From the NCBI GenBank assembly GCA_048128005.1, contig JBEUKZ010000006.1, forward strand, positions 248,001 through 312,000: 64,000 nt of DNA, in the 5' to 3' direction. Position 1 is the first letter of the stretch. Each line of letters begins with the position of its first letter. The stretch comes from Veleropilina oligotropha. Its lineage: Eukaryota. Positions 26,801-38,364 of this stretch are shown here, piece by piece. The notes under the pieces were generated by a model. That model was not told where the DNA came from, did not search any database, and saw only the letters and a program-made list of their open reading frames with translations. The position numbers and the translations under genes are program-made.

Positions 26801-29800
26801 TTTCACGACTTCACAATTACCGCATTTGCAGTTAGTTGTTGCAGTTAGTTGTTGCAGGTAGTTGTTGCAGGTAGTTGTTGCAGGTAGTTGTTGCAGTTAG
26901 TTGTTGCAGGTAGTTGTTGCAGGTAGTTGTTGCAGTTGTTGCAGGTAGTTATTGCAGGTAGTTGTTGCAGTTAGTTGTTGCAGGTAGTTGCAAATCGCAT
27001 TAAAGTAGGAGTTCAAGCCTGATAGTTCACACAAGGGTGGTCACCGCATATACCGAACGATGGAGATATATAGTCTGATCGATATGTGACGATGAACAAG
27101 GGGACATCTTACATGTGAGATGTGACGGAAAAATTGTTTAAATTATTAATAAGTGGTCGTAACCGAGAACATAGCACGCATAGTGTGTTAAAGTACCTAC
27201 AGAGTAGCAGGCATAGTGTGTTAAAGTACCTACAGAATAGCACGCTTAGTGTGTTAAAGTACCTACAGAGTAGCATGCATAGTGTGTTAAATACCTACAG
27301 AGTAGCACGCATAGTGTGTTAAAGTACCTACAGAGTAGCATGCATAGTGTGTTAAAGTACCTACAGAGTAGCATGCATAGTGTGTTAAAGTACCTACAGA
27401 GTAGCACGCATAGTGTGTTAAAGTACCTACAGAGTAGCATGCATAGTGTGTTAAATACCTACAGAGTAGCATGCATAGTGTGTTAAAGTACCTACAGAGT
27501 AGCACGCATAGTGTGTTCAAGTACCTACAGAGTAGCACGCACAAACATGTGATACCGCCCGCCGGGAGTATATTTCTCCCGAAATCGGCACCCCCAAAAT
27601 TGCCTACTCCCGAAATGACAGAAATCTCCCGAAATGACAAATTCCTACCGGAATATCTTGATTTCTCCCTCAAAGCTATTTATGCCCCCGTCCGACTTTA
27701 GTCTGTCTAGGGGGCATCATGCTTTTGGTACGTCCGTCCGTCCGTCCATCCGTGACACATTAGATCTCATGGATCTTTATCCATGTTACTGAGAGGCCGC
27801 TTCCCCCAAACTTGACATATTAACAGATATACGATTAAACTATCATGAGTTTGAATATTGATTGAATATTTTAATTTTTTCAATGTTTTGGTCTCTGAAG
27901 TATAAATTACATATAAGAAAGCCACCTATTATTTTTGCTGATAACATGTAACCACCGCTGTCAACTTTCTTACACTAACAGATATAAGTTTGAACTATCA
28001 TGAGTTCGAATATTGAATGAAAATTTAATTTAATTCATGTTTTATTGGGGTTTTGGACTTAACCTATGGAGCACAATTTATATACAATAAAGTCGCCTAT
28101 TATTTTTTATGTTGATCTCAAACCACTTCCTTCAGCTTTTGTATACTAACAGATATAAGTTTGATCTATCACGAGTTCAAATATTGAACAAATGTTTTTA
28201 ATTATTTCCATGTTTTATTGGGTTTTTGGACGTAGCCTATGGAGCACAATTTATTTCCAAGAAAGTCACATATTATTTTTGCTGTTGATCTCAAACCACT
28301 TCCTTCAGCTTTTGTATACTAACAGATATAAGTTTGATCTATCATGAGTTCAAATATTGAACGAATGTTTTAATTATTTCCATGTTTTATTGGGTTTTTG
28401 GACATAGCCTATGGAGCACAATTTATATACAAGAAAGTCACCTATTATTTTTGCTGTTTATCTCAAACCACTTCCTTCAGCTTTTGTATACTAACAGATA
28501 TAAGTTTGATCTATCATGAGTTCAAATATTGAACGAATGTTTTAAATTATTTCCATGTTTTATTGGGTTTTTGTACATAGCCTATGGAGCACAATTTATA
28601 TACAAGAAATTCACCTATTATTTTTGCTGTTGATCTCAAACCACTTCCTTCTGTTTTTGTTTGCTAACAGATATAACTTTGAACTGTCATAAGTTCGAAT
28701 ATAGAATGGAAATTTTAATTATTGCTTATACATTAATAAGTACAGTTACATTTCTCCCTATTAGTCATGTACACAACCAAAATTCATATCACTTGGCAAG
28801 CTTTTACCGGGGGCATTCCATGTTCCGGGGAACATATATTTCTAGTTTCGCAATGTTATTTCTTATCCGCAATAGTGTTGGAGTCAGTAAACGGAACTCG
28901 TTTAATAAGTCGTCAACTCGTCAAATACAGTAGATGCTGTAATAATATACCTCTACATAAATTGTGTAGATAGAACGCGATAGAGCATGAAGATTATTGT
29001 CAAAATATTCGTTTGATACGCCGTTTACCACAAGCACTCAGCGTTCTTTTGTTGAAACATTGAAGCGTGATTTTGTGTTGATAGCTGTCGTGCAGTAATT
29101 TCGGGAACTACTTACGGAAATATACGAGTGTTTTTCGACTTGCATATCTCTTTATATTGCGTTACAAAATAATCTCGCACCGGGTATTTAAATTTCTACT
29201 ATTTAATACGAAGTTAATTTTCGAATCAACGTTGTGATCTATTTGATGTAGGCCCGTAGTTCACAAAGAATTAGATGTCAATAGAGCTAATAAAGCAAAT
29301 TAATTGGGAATAAATGCTATGAAAACGTCTATTGTTTAATTACTAATTCACTTCAGTCTTTTTTCAGTAGATAGTCACAATTATTTATAACTGGTGAGTG
29401 AGGTTTGTTTTTTGCTCGAAAATATGGACATGTTCTGGCATGATACTACAGGGCGCGAAATAACGGCCTGCCAAAGGCCATTGGACGTCCAATTTGTTCA
29501 GATTTTATGAAATGTCCGGGTAAACATAATTTTGGCCTGACAGTAATGGCCGGACAACAAATATTACTGTGGCAATCAATATTATTGACCAAAGTTAGCA
29601 ATGCATTGGAGAACAGCAAAAAACTTGCCTTTTATTCACTTATAACCTCAACATAATGTGTCTTGAAGTCGCGTAACATTCCCTCGTGTTCATTCACTGA
29701 TTTACTTCCTGTTTTGCGATTGAATTCGTTTTCATGGTTGTGGTTAAAACTGAGTTTCTGCAAATGCTCTAAATACTGTATATGAATAAACGTTAACTGA

Positions 29801-30649
29801 AAAACTGAGTTTAAATAAGCAGGCTTTTATGAATAAACAGAAATAGGCTCCAAAGTGGAATGACTTTGCTGAATTAAAGTAAAAGTATTTCTAATGTTAC
29901 TGAAAAGGTAGTTTCACTTTTGCTTGTATCAATATGACAGCAAAGCCATTAATAATAAATAATAAGTTACATAGCCTGATAATTAAGAAATAGCTTTTAT
30001 TTCATATATATTAATAATCATGGAAAACTTGCATTATTAAATGATGGAATAATGCATGCAAGTTTGTCAATTTATTTTTCTGAACTTTGTGACTTTATTA
30101 TTTCATTATCAGTATCAAACCTTTTGGATAGCACATATCTCAGGTCTTAAATAATAATATATCCGCCTTTTTCGAATAATTAGGGTTCTGATGATGAAAA
30201 ACATTTTGGCAGCCTGTATGTGACAATGGCAGGCTAAATAAAATTTTGGCCTGACATAAATGGCAGGCTAACCTCGAAAAATTAAATCACGCCCTGTACT
30301 AAATGTTGTTAAAAACGAAACATTAACAATTTCAGCATCAAATTTCGGACGATTTCTACCCGAGTGTCATCTAGAGTTGCCTATGACGTTGAAAGACTTA
30401 AGGAGCGATTAAAACCAAATCCTTATGAGTAATGTGTACTTGTAAAATTGCATATTATTTAAAGGTAGAAGTTATGCATCTATATTCACATAAGTTTGCT
30501 TGCTGATATGTATCATTGCGTTCTGTCGTTTGCAGGTGTACATAAATGGCTGCCATTATTGCGACTACGCGCACCGAAAATCAATCGAGGATGTCTGCCA
30601 CCTCAGACTGGAAGGAGATGCAAATTTCTTTGAACCGGCATTCTATTAA
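11722..30649 (+). CDS. Quadruple-CRD galectin (12 exons found, 5'-partial)
   Basis: Exons 11722-11810, 13389-13590, 14330-14449, 14610-14698, 19767-19962, 20669-20788, 21265-21353, 23141-23345, 25038-25157, 25659-25747, 26515-26719 and 30536-30649 all have GT-AG junctions. They join in frame (1638 nt, ending TAA) and give four galectin CRDs with H-x-(N/S)-x-R, N, W and E-E-R motifs. Confidence 0.93.
12005..13247. repeat. 62-bp minisatellite, 20 copies, in a galectin intron
   Basis: Unit TTCCCTG(ACCTGCT/GCCTACA)TCTGAATGTGCATTTGATGTTCAATGCTTGGTTCTGTCTGCTCTCTTA. Confidence 0.97.
13389..13590 (+). CDS. Galectin exon, CRD1 part b
   Basis: ctatag|G TTC...AAG|gtggg; FSINF...FHFNPRMEDEVVVRNSYEDGWQEEER. 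Confidence 0.93.
13738..13871. repeat. 46-bp tandem repeat, ~3 copies
   Basis: GTAACTAGCAAGCGAACAGGGTTTATTGGGCGATCGTTCGTTGACA. Confidence 0.85.
14330..14449 (+). CDS. Galectin exon, CRD1 part c
   Basis: ctccag|GTC...CTG|gtaag; VYVNGEHYIDYSHRL...; 120 nt. Confidence 0.92.
14610..14698 (+). CDS. Galectin exon, CRD2 part a
   Basis: gtcag|GTT...GAC CG|gtgag; VAPYKGHIPYHFGAGKAVRVTGNVNPGADR; 89 nt. Confidence 0.9.
15052..15317 (-). mobile_element. tRNA-derived SINE family A (V-domain-like core)
   Basis: tRNA-like head, GGGTTTACCCGGGCGACCGGAGTTTCCTCCC core, CCT-rich tail; TSD AAATCAAGAAAC. Confidence 0.88.
15756..18166. mobile_element. Nested HINE-like element with ~428-bp tandem units
   Basis: ACCCCAGCTT/AAGCTGGGGT IR, (GGGC)n microsatellite, at least three near-identical ~428-bp units, GCTGGGGTT plus small stem-loop at the 3' end; interrupted by the SINE-B dimer. 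Confidence 0.75.
17172..17791 (+). mobile_element. Head-to-tail dimer of tRNA-derived SINE family B
   Basis: Two ~310-bp copies starting GTCGTGGCTCAGTGG; CTTGGGCAAG...CCACCCAG...AATGGGTACC core; AGCGCATTGAG...GCGCTATATAAG(TAT)n L2-like tail. Confidence 0.85.
19767..19962 (+). CDS. Galectin exon, CRD2 part b
   Basis: ttgtag|A TTC...AAT|gtagg; FSINF...FHFNPRMDEECVVCNAKFDGDWGDEER. Confidence 0.93.
20669..20788 (+). CDS. Galectin exon, CRD2 part c
   Basis: ttcag|GTG...CTA|gtacg; VYSNGNCYTHFAQRCPLDDMKYLKIAGDVTI...; 120 nt. Confidence 0.9.
21265..21353 (+). CDS. Galectin exon, CRD3 part a
   Basis: ttatag|GAG...GAC GT|gtatg; EDDYMKLIPFGLENKDIILIRGFFQQGADV; 89 nt. Confidence 0.87.
21361..22765. 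mobile_element. Tc1/mariner-pogo-like non-autonomous element
   Basis: TA|CAGTCGATTCCACTTAATAACATA.. / ..TATGTTATTAAGCGGAATCGACTA TIRs. Confidence 0.75.
23141..23345 (+). CDS. Galectin exon, CRD3 part b
   Basis: ctctag|C TTC...AAG|gtgag; FTVNF...FHISTRRDQDVIVLNNKQDGEWQEEER. Confidence 0.92.
23430..24627. mobile_element. HINE-like family 3 (~158-bp units)
   Basis: Units TTTCTGTCACATAGAAG...GGGTCAAAGGTCAAGGTCATTTTC; ends AAAAGGCGGGCC..ATGAGG..CATACCTCTAGT. Confidence 0.75.
23466..23732 (-). mobile_element. SINE family A copy
   Basis: Same ~265-bp unit; TSD TAGTTGTGGA. Confidence 0.88.
25038..25157 (+). CDS. Galectin exon, CRD3 part c
   Basis: gtatag|ATC...GTG|gtacg; IYINGKSYAKFAARKSIEDVKAINVGGDAYL...; 120 nt. 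Confidence 0.9.
25659..25747 (+). CDS. Galectin exon, CRD4 part a
   Basis: ttacag|GAA...GAC CA|gtacg; EKPYVERIPGTLEAGRWIAVSGLVKKECDH; 89 nt. Confidence 0.9.
26515..26719 (+). CDS. Galectin exon, CRD4 part b
   Basis: tttcag|C TTT...AGG|gttag; FIVNLQCG...FHMSARLPEDVIVRNSRGGGDWENEER. Confidence 0.92.
26828..26992. repeat. 13-bp tandem repeat
   Basis: (GCAG[G/T]TAGTTGTT)n. Confidence 0.9.
27170..27541. repeat. 33-bp minisatellite, ~11 copies
   Basis: GTACCTACAGAGTAGCA[T/C]GCATAGTGTGTTAAA. Confidence 0.93.
27678..28846. mobile_element. HINE-like family 4 (~174-bp units)
   Basis: ATGCCCCC/GGGGGCAT IR, (GTCC)n, tandem units, GGGGGCATTCCATGTTCC..GGAACAT..TTCTAGT tail. Confidence 0.75.
29449..30296. 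mobile_element. MITE with CAGGGCG termini
   Basis: CAGGGCGCGA.. / ..TCACGCCCTG; TSD TACTA. Confidence 0.75.
30536..30649 (+). CDS. Galectin terminal exon, CRD4 part c
   Basis: ttgcag|GTG...TAT TAA; VYINGCHYCDYAHRKSIEDVCHLRLEGDANFFEPAFY*. Confidence 0.9.
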   Translation: MYINGCHYCDYAHRKSIEDVCHLRLEGDANFFEPAFY

Positions 30650-32995
30650 ATATCCACCCATGTAAGGTGATGACCGGTACTCGTGTTAAGTTTTGGTCTG
30701 CACAGGTAACCAATGTATAAGAGCATGGAATCTTACTGATCGACTGCTCTGTCTAACTGTAATCTGTGCAAGTTCCCGTCTGGGTACTCATTGTTCAGTT
30801 AACAGTCACATTTGTCTATAACTGGCCGTGCATGCCGAGTTTTGCTGTGAACTGAGCATTGCTCCAGCAATAATATGTTCTGGTTTAACCTGAATGTTGT
30901 TAAAAACAGAATAGTAAACATCAATTCAAACTAGAAAACCATATAACACTGATTGTTATTCATTTTCCGATTTAATGAATTAGTTGATATAGGCATCAAA
31001 ACTAGATCACTACAGTTAATAAAGTTTCTGTCTGTTCTGTGCATGGATTCAGGTGACCATGCTGGATACAGGCCTGGAGATGTAGATAAAATCGTGTATT
31101 TTAATCATTCATGTCAACGCTGTCATAAGCACTGCATCCTAATATTCAGTCCGAGTTGGAATTACATTTATTGGTGTAAATTATAAATTATTGGTTCAAA
31201 TTATACACTTAGAAAAAGGTAACAGTGCAATGGTAAATTATAAATGAACGATCATGTAAAATTAGTGCTTAAAGGGTAGATCAACGTTTTGAATATGCGT
31301 ACTTATTTTAATTGAGAATTTATGAGACTCAGCTTACGAACTCTCAGCATATTTCATTCAGACTGGCATTTGCTCAACAGAAGTTGTGTATTACCTGATC
31401 AAAGATTCCTTGACCCAAGCCATGTTATAGCAGATCACAATACAATTAGCATCATGAACTAATTCTAAATATAATTTTACCATATTTTGCATGGACGTAT
31501 ATAGAAAATCAGTTTATCTTCTGTCAACTCCAGCATGCATAAAGATATATTGCTTAATGTATCTGTTCTGTTTTAGGTGTCGAGAAGGGAGATGCTCTAT
31601 ATGCTTCTAATCCTGCGGTTTCCGATAATGCTTACATATTTTCTTATTAGTCACATTTTTGGCATTATTTTTCCATTTTATTTTATAATATAATGTAGCT
31701 TCGCTCATATATTTTATTGGTATAATAATTGATATTTAGCATATTTACACCTATTTTGTATGAAGGAAGACATAGTATAATGATGTTATCAGTATTGTGT
31801 GGATTCTGGCACATCGGAAACCTTGAGTGACTTCGTAGTTTTTGCGGCGGATTAATTGCGAGAACGAAGTTCGAGCGATTTATCCGCCGCAAAAACTACG
31901 ACGTCACGAGAGGTTTTCGGATGTGCCAGAATCCACACAATAACTGATAACATTTGTATTATATGCCACAACAAGGTGCTCAACATATTAATTTAGGCTC
32001 AATATTTTGTTTGTGCTAAAATTTGGTTCATTGTTTTAGCAATGATTTATTTGTGAATGTGCTTCAGTATTTATTGTTATAATGCGATATATAATATATT
32101 TGCAATGACACATGCAGTGTTATATTTGTGCAGTGGAAACTTGATATTAGATAATTTGCTATTTCTGATAAAAACTCCAGATCAAAAATTGTTATCAGAA
32201 TTTATTTTTATATTTGATGTGAAATACAGTTGTTTGTTTAAGATATAATCATGTGCGTATATTAAAAGGCGTTTTGAAGAACATTCTGTGATATGATGTC
32301 TGCATGCAATGTATTGATTCTATGCCCAACTACTGCTTTCAATATGTCTTAATATGGCAGCAATGTTTTGATTATTAATGCTGATTTAATGCTGCAAATA
32401 AACAATTTCTATAGTACAGTTATATCTTTGGTTATTCTTTAGGTTATTGAAAAAATTATTCAATATTGTTTGATCCGCAATACATGGGACTACGTACGTC
32501 TCGCCATACAAATATTCCTTTTTTGTTAAAACATCTATCACTATACAGTGTATCATACTACTAGAGAAATATCTCAGTGATATTTAGCGGACGCTGCACT
32601 CGATAAGACTAGAGAAATAAAGTACCCTTGTGGAAATACGTCTGGTGTCAATTCAAGGTATATTGCCGGTATATTTGGATGGAATGTCTGCTTAAACCCA
32701 TGTGATGTTTGACAGATATTTGGAAAACAGCAGCATATTCAAACATATAATCATGAATCAAGAACCCAGGAAACAGTTTCAGAGCAGACGTTTACACAAA
32801 GTTTATGATTGAGAACGAGATGAAAAGAAAACCATGATAGCATGTCTGGTCACCATGGTGTACAAAACCATGATAGCATGTCTGGTCACCATGGTGTACG
32901 AGACTATACACCTGTGCAAAGGTTAAGCACCGCCTGTGTAAATATCGAATAAAACTATTGTTGTCTAGGCTGACCTATGTTACCCGGTCATACAC

Positions 32996-33313
32996 CGGTG
33001 GCTCAGTGGGTTGTTCATAGCACTCTGGTCACAGAGTCTCGCATTCGCCCGCGAAGCTCGGCAATTTCCCTTGGGCAAGGAAATAAGCATATATTTGCCT
33101 TGGTCCACCCAGCCGATCTGAATGGGTACCTGGTTGGCAGTTATGTAAGTCACAGCGCTACCCGCGTGTAAATGACTGTAATCCTCCCAGAGGGAGTTGA
33201 GATGGCATTTAGAGTGGAACAGGCCCATAACCAGGGTGTGATAATAATGTTCAGCGCATTGAGACATGTGCGTAAAAATGCGCTATATAAGACCGTTACA
33301 TTATCATTATTAT
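32996..33313 (+). mobile_element. SINE family B copy
   Basis: Closely similar to 17172-17481. Confidence 0.85.
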
Positions 33314-33415
33314 ATTCCACGAGGAGAAAGCATGTGCAAAAAGTCTTGCATGTCCCAGAGTCTCCATGAAAGACAAAACCTGTAACACAGGTCACTTGTG
33401 CATATTTGCATGATA

Positions 33416-34054
33416 AGCCCACCGCACACGTGCTACTTTTGTCGCTGACGAGCACTTTTTGTCATCCGGTAAAAACGCCCATTTATGGCAGTTTGTCGAA
33501 GATTTTTTTGTCGCAATATCAAGCATGTTTGATATTGAAGACTAGCTGCTCGACCATTCAGGATAGGACTTTCAATCATCACTCAAAATGGCAACTACTG
33601 GAGAATCAAATGAACAAGGAGGAGAGTCGTCGTATAATATTATCATTGTCAAGGTTGATGCTTTTACGCATATTTGTTGTCGGCATCATAATGAAAAGCA
33701 CTATCATATCGATAGCTTATCAAATAAGCTTCATTCTGGTTTCATTCGTTGGTATTAAATTGTAGTAAGTTGGGGGTCTTTCCAAGGAACTCTTTCACTA
33801 GTTTGAAATAAAACACATTTATTTCCCGTATTCGTTATCGCCCATAGCCACATTATTATGAAAGTTTTAAGAGAACCAATACATGTATTACGATGTCTGT
33901 TGATCCTGATTTCTATGTCTTGACCTTTATTTTTATGGAACACCTATTTGTCGCTTGCGACCAAAGTTGTCAGTATACGCACACCCAACGATTTATCTCT
34001 TTCGACAAAAATTGTTCGCCATAAGCGACAACAGTTGCCCATGTGCGGCGGGCT
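33416..34054. mobile_element. MITE, PIF/Harbinger-like termini
   Basis: AGCCCACCGCACACGTGCTACTTTTGTCGCT / AGCGACAACAGTTGCCCATGTGCGGCGGGCT inverted ends. Confidence 0.6.
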
Positions 34055-34150
34055 TTAGATTTGCTACAATTTCAATTAACATGGCAGGAAGGTGAAGGTT
34101 GCACAATACTATGTCATGCAGAGAAATGAGCGGTTAATTGAACGTTAATG

Positions 34151-34412
34151 GAGGAGGAGGAATTATGCTTAATGTCCTGTATATTTACAACATCGAGGTT
34201 CAAGGCAGGACATGTCCGTGTTATCGCAGGAGGAAACCCCGGTCGCCCGGGTAAACCCGCCCTCTTCGGCCAGTCACGAACAACTGTGATTCATAACTTG
34301 AACAAATGTCAATGCCTCAGCCAGGTATTGAACCCACTACTGTTCGCATTAGCGGAATCAAGCCAGTGAAGTTAGAGTGGACACTCATACCCACTGCGCT
34401 GCCGAAGTGGCC
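34151..34412 (-). mobile_element. SINE family A copy
   Basis: Same unit; TSD TGAACGTTAATG. Confidence 0.88.
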
Positions 34413-34944
34413 TGAACGTTAATGATGCTGTGTCATCAATAAACATGCTTCAACTAAAAGACCAACATGGACAACGGATGCTTGTGAAGAGCGAGATTTT
34501 GTTCGCATTGCTAGTGATCACCAATCAATCACACTTCCTCTACTGACTGCAGTACTAACAGGATCGTCTAAGGTATGTGCTGCGCCACAGCTCACTAGAA
34601 CCTGTGGACTTGGAGGAGAGTCCACGGGTCTGAGGGGCGTCGTTGCACACTGCTGGTGATCTAACACTTGTGAAGGTTCAGAGACATGGCGTATGCACAG
34701 AAGAGCATTTTGTAAATATGAAGCTGATTTTAATGGAGAATCTATTATGGTCTGTGGATGCATGTCGTATGACTGTAAGCTGGATCTTTCGATGCCTGTG
34801 ACTCAAAACTGTCAAGGACACCATCTTGCATTGAGTTGATGTTCCTGATTTTGACAATCGTACACTCATGAGCCGTCATGGATGTCAATGATCGACGTCA
34901 TCGCGCAAAAATCTAGAATTGGTTCAAAGACCCATGAAATTGAT

Positions 34945-35270
34945 ACGCGAATTGATAGAAATACCATATGAGGATAGACTAAGAGCACTCCACCTCACAA
35001 CATTGTCTTTGAGATGAATACGGGGATATGATTCGGGTATTTAAAATATTTACAGAAAAGGACAATGTTGACAGTAGTTTCTTTTTTCAGATGAACCAAA
35101 GACCTACCAGGGGAAAAAAATACAAACTACAAAAAATGATCGATTTGATGTCGGAAAACACTTTTTCTCAAATCGAGCTGTCGATGAATGAAATAGTCTT
35201 CCTGGTAATGTAGTTGAATCAACATAGGTAAACCAATTTAAAAACAGCATATATTAGCATTTTAAAATGC
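34945..35270 (+). mobile_element. CR1-like LINE 3' fragment
   Basis: YEDRLRALHLTTL..RGDMIRVFKI...TRG...HFFSNRAVDE*NSLP, the typical CR1 ORF2 C-terminus; frameshifted. Confidence 0.7.
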
Positions 35271-35726
35271 AGGGCAGGTTATATATGGCCAGAAACGACA
35301 ATGGCTTTTAATATGAGTGACAGTAATGCGCTTCCTAAACCCAAACAAATTCTATTTAAATCTATTTAGCCTGCACCCCATGTCATTCCCATCTCCAGAA
35401 GTTCAGTTACCACCGTCCTACACCAGGTAGTCTTGGATCTGTTTGGATTTCACCTGTCTGTTGTAATCGTCAAACATCGGTAAGTGACCCAACCGTCGGA
35501 ACGCCGTCTCGTAGTTTCGAGGACAGCACATCGGAAGTTATGTACAGAAATTTATGGATTTTATTTGGTCAATAGGTGCTGCAGATCATTCTAAGGCACC
35601 CGCCGTGGAAGGACTCTGCCTGCCTTATGTCTTCCTGTATGGTCATCTTTGTCAATGATGTATCGTTGTCTTCCGGTTTGGCTTGACTGATTTTCAGACT
35701 AGTAGGATGCAGCTTGCAAAATACAC

Positions 35727-38080
35727 CACGAACTTCATTCAGCCTCTCATCTAGGTCCACAAACTTCATTCAGCCTCTCATCTAGGTCCACGAACTTCAT
35801 TCAGCCTCTCATCTAGGTCCACGAACTTCATTCAGCCTCTCATCTAGGTCCACGAACTTCATTCAGCCTCTCATCTAGGTCCACGAACTTCATTCAGCCT
35901 CTCATCTAGGTCCACGAACTTCATTCAGCCTCTCATCTAGGTCCACGAACTTCATTCAGCCTCTCATCTAGGTCCACGAACTTCATTCAGCCTCTCATCT
36001 AGGTCCACGAACTTCATTCAGCCTCTCATCTAGGTCCACGAACTTCATTCAGCCTCTCATCTAGGTCCACGAACTTCATTCAGCCTCTCATCTAGGTCCA
36101 CGAACTTCATTCAGCCTCTCATCTAGGTCCACGAACTTCATTCAGCCTCTCATCTAGGTCCACGAACTTCATTCAGCCTCTCATCTAGGTCCACGAACTT
36201 CATTCAGCCTCTCATCTAGGTCCACGAACTTCATTCAGCCTCTCATCTAGGTCCACGAACTTCATTCAGCCTCTCATCTAGGTCCACGAACTTCATTCAG
36301 CCTCTCATCTAGGTCCACGAACTTCATTCAGCCTCTCATCTAGGTCCACGAACTTCATTCAGCCTCTCATCTAGGTCCACGAACTTCATCCAGCCTCTCA
36401 TCTAGGTCCACGAACTTCATTCAGCCTCTCATCTAGGTCCACGAACTTCATCCAGCCTCTCATCTAGGTCCACGAACTTCATCCAGCCTCTCATCTAGGT
36501 CCACGAACTTCATTCAGCCTCTCATCTAGGTCCACGAACTTCATTCAGCCTCTCATCTAGGTCCACGAACTTCATTCAGCCTCTCATCTAGGTCCACGAA
36601 CTTCATTCAGCCTCTCATCTAGGTCCACGAACTTCATTCAGCCTCTCATCTAGGTCCACGAACTTCATCCAGCCTCTCATCTAGGTCCACGAACTTCATC
36701 CAGCCTCTCATCTAGGTCCACGAACTTCATTCAGCCTCTCATCTAGGTCCACGAACTTCATTCAGCCTCTCATCTAGGTCCACGAACTTCATTCAGCCTC
36801 TCATCTAGGTCCACGAACTTCATTCAGCCTCTCATCTAGGTCCACGAACTTCATTCAGCCTCTCATCTAGGTCCACGAACTTCATTCAGCCTCTCATCTA
36901 GGTCCACGAACTTCATTCAGCCTCTCATCTAGGTCCACGAACTTCATTCAGCCTCTCATCTAGGTCCACGAACTTCATTCAGCCTCTCATCTAGGTCCAC
37001 GAACTTCATTCAGCCTCTCATCTAGGTCCACGAACTTCATTCAGCCTCTCATCTAGGTCCACGAACTTCATTCAGCCTCTCATCTAGGTCCACGAACTTC
37101 ATTCAGCCTCATCTAGGTCCACGAACTTCATTCAGCCTCTCATCTAGGTCCACGAACTTCATTCAGCCTCTCATCTAGGTCCACGAACTTCATCCAGCCT
37201 CTCATCTAGGTCCACGAACTTCATCCAGCCTCTCATCTAGGTCCACGAACTTCATTCAGCCTCTCATCTAGGTCCACGAACTTCATTCAGCCTCTCATCT
37301 AGGTCCACGAACTTCATTCAGCCTCTCATCTAGGTCCACGAACTTCATTCAGCCTCTCATCTAGGTCCACGAACTTCATTCAGCCTCTCATCTAGGTCCA
37401 CGAACTTCATCCAGCCTCTCATCTAGGTCCACGAACTTCATCCAGCCTCTCATCTAGGTCCACGAACTTCATTCAGCCTCTCATCTAGGTCCACGAACTT
37501 CATTCAGCCTCTCATCTAGGTCCACGAACTTCATTCAGCCTCTCATCTAGGTCCACGAACTTCATTCAGCCTCTCATCTAGGTCCACGAACTTCATTCAG
37601 CCTCTCATCTAGGTCCACGAACTTCATTCAGCCTCTCATCTAGGTCCACGAACTTCATTCAGCCTCTCATCTAGGTCCACGAACTTCATTCAGCCTCTCA
37701 TCTAGGTCCACGAACTTCATTCAGCCTCTCATCTAGGTCCACGAACTTCATTCAGCCTCTCATCTAGGTCCACGAACTTCATTCAGCCTCTCATCTAGGT
37801 CCACGAACTTCATTCAGCCTCTCATCTAGGTCCACGAACTTCATTCAGCCTCTCATCTAGGTCCACGAACTTCATTCAGCCTCTCATCTAGGTCCACGAA
37901 CTTCATTCAGCCTCTCATCTAGGTCCACGAACTTCATTCAGCCTCTCATCTAGGTCCACGAACTTTATTCAGCCTCTCATCTAGGTCCACGAACTTCATT
38001 CAGCCTCTCATCTAGGTCCACGAACTTCATTCAGCCTCTCATCTAGGTCCACGAACTTCATTCAGCCTCTCATCTAGGTC
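35727..38080. repeat. 31-bp satellite array, 76 copies
   Basis: CACGAACTTCATTCAGCCTCTCATCTAGGTC; a few T>C variants and one 2-bp deletion near 37110. Confidence 0.98.
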
Positions 38081-38364
38081 TTTCTCAGCACGATTATCTT
38101 AGATACTGATCCTGTCCAGATATGTCATCAAATGTACAGATAGATTTCCTCTCCGTTTACAGTGAGGAGTGTGTGATGTTGACGTCCATTGCCTGCGTTT
38201 TCTTTGTCTTGATAACGAGGTCGGTCTACTTGATATTGCAAACCAGACAGTTGGCGTTCATATGTAGATGCGATACAAGAATCTCGAGGTCATCAGCAAA
38301 GTCAAGATCCTCGAAATAGACAATCAGGTTCCATTGTATACCGTGGGGTACTCTGTTGTGGGGT

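Noticed and set aside
27246..27673. Cys/Tyr-rich repetitive ORFs
   Set aside because: Translation of an intronic 33-bp minisatellite that includes frameshifting 32-bp units.
35727..38080. CRISPR-like array (31-bp repeat)
   Set aside because: Units are directly head-to-tail with no spacers, there are no cas genes, and the context is eukaryotic.
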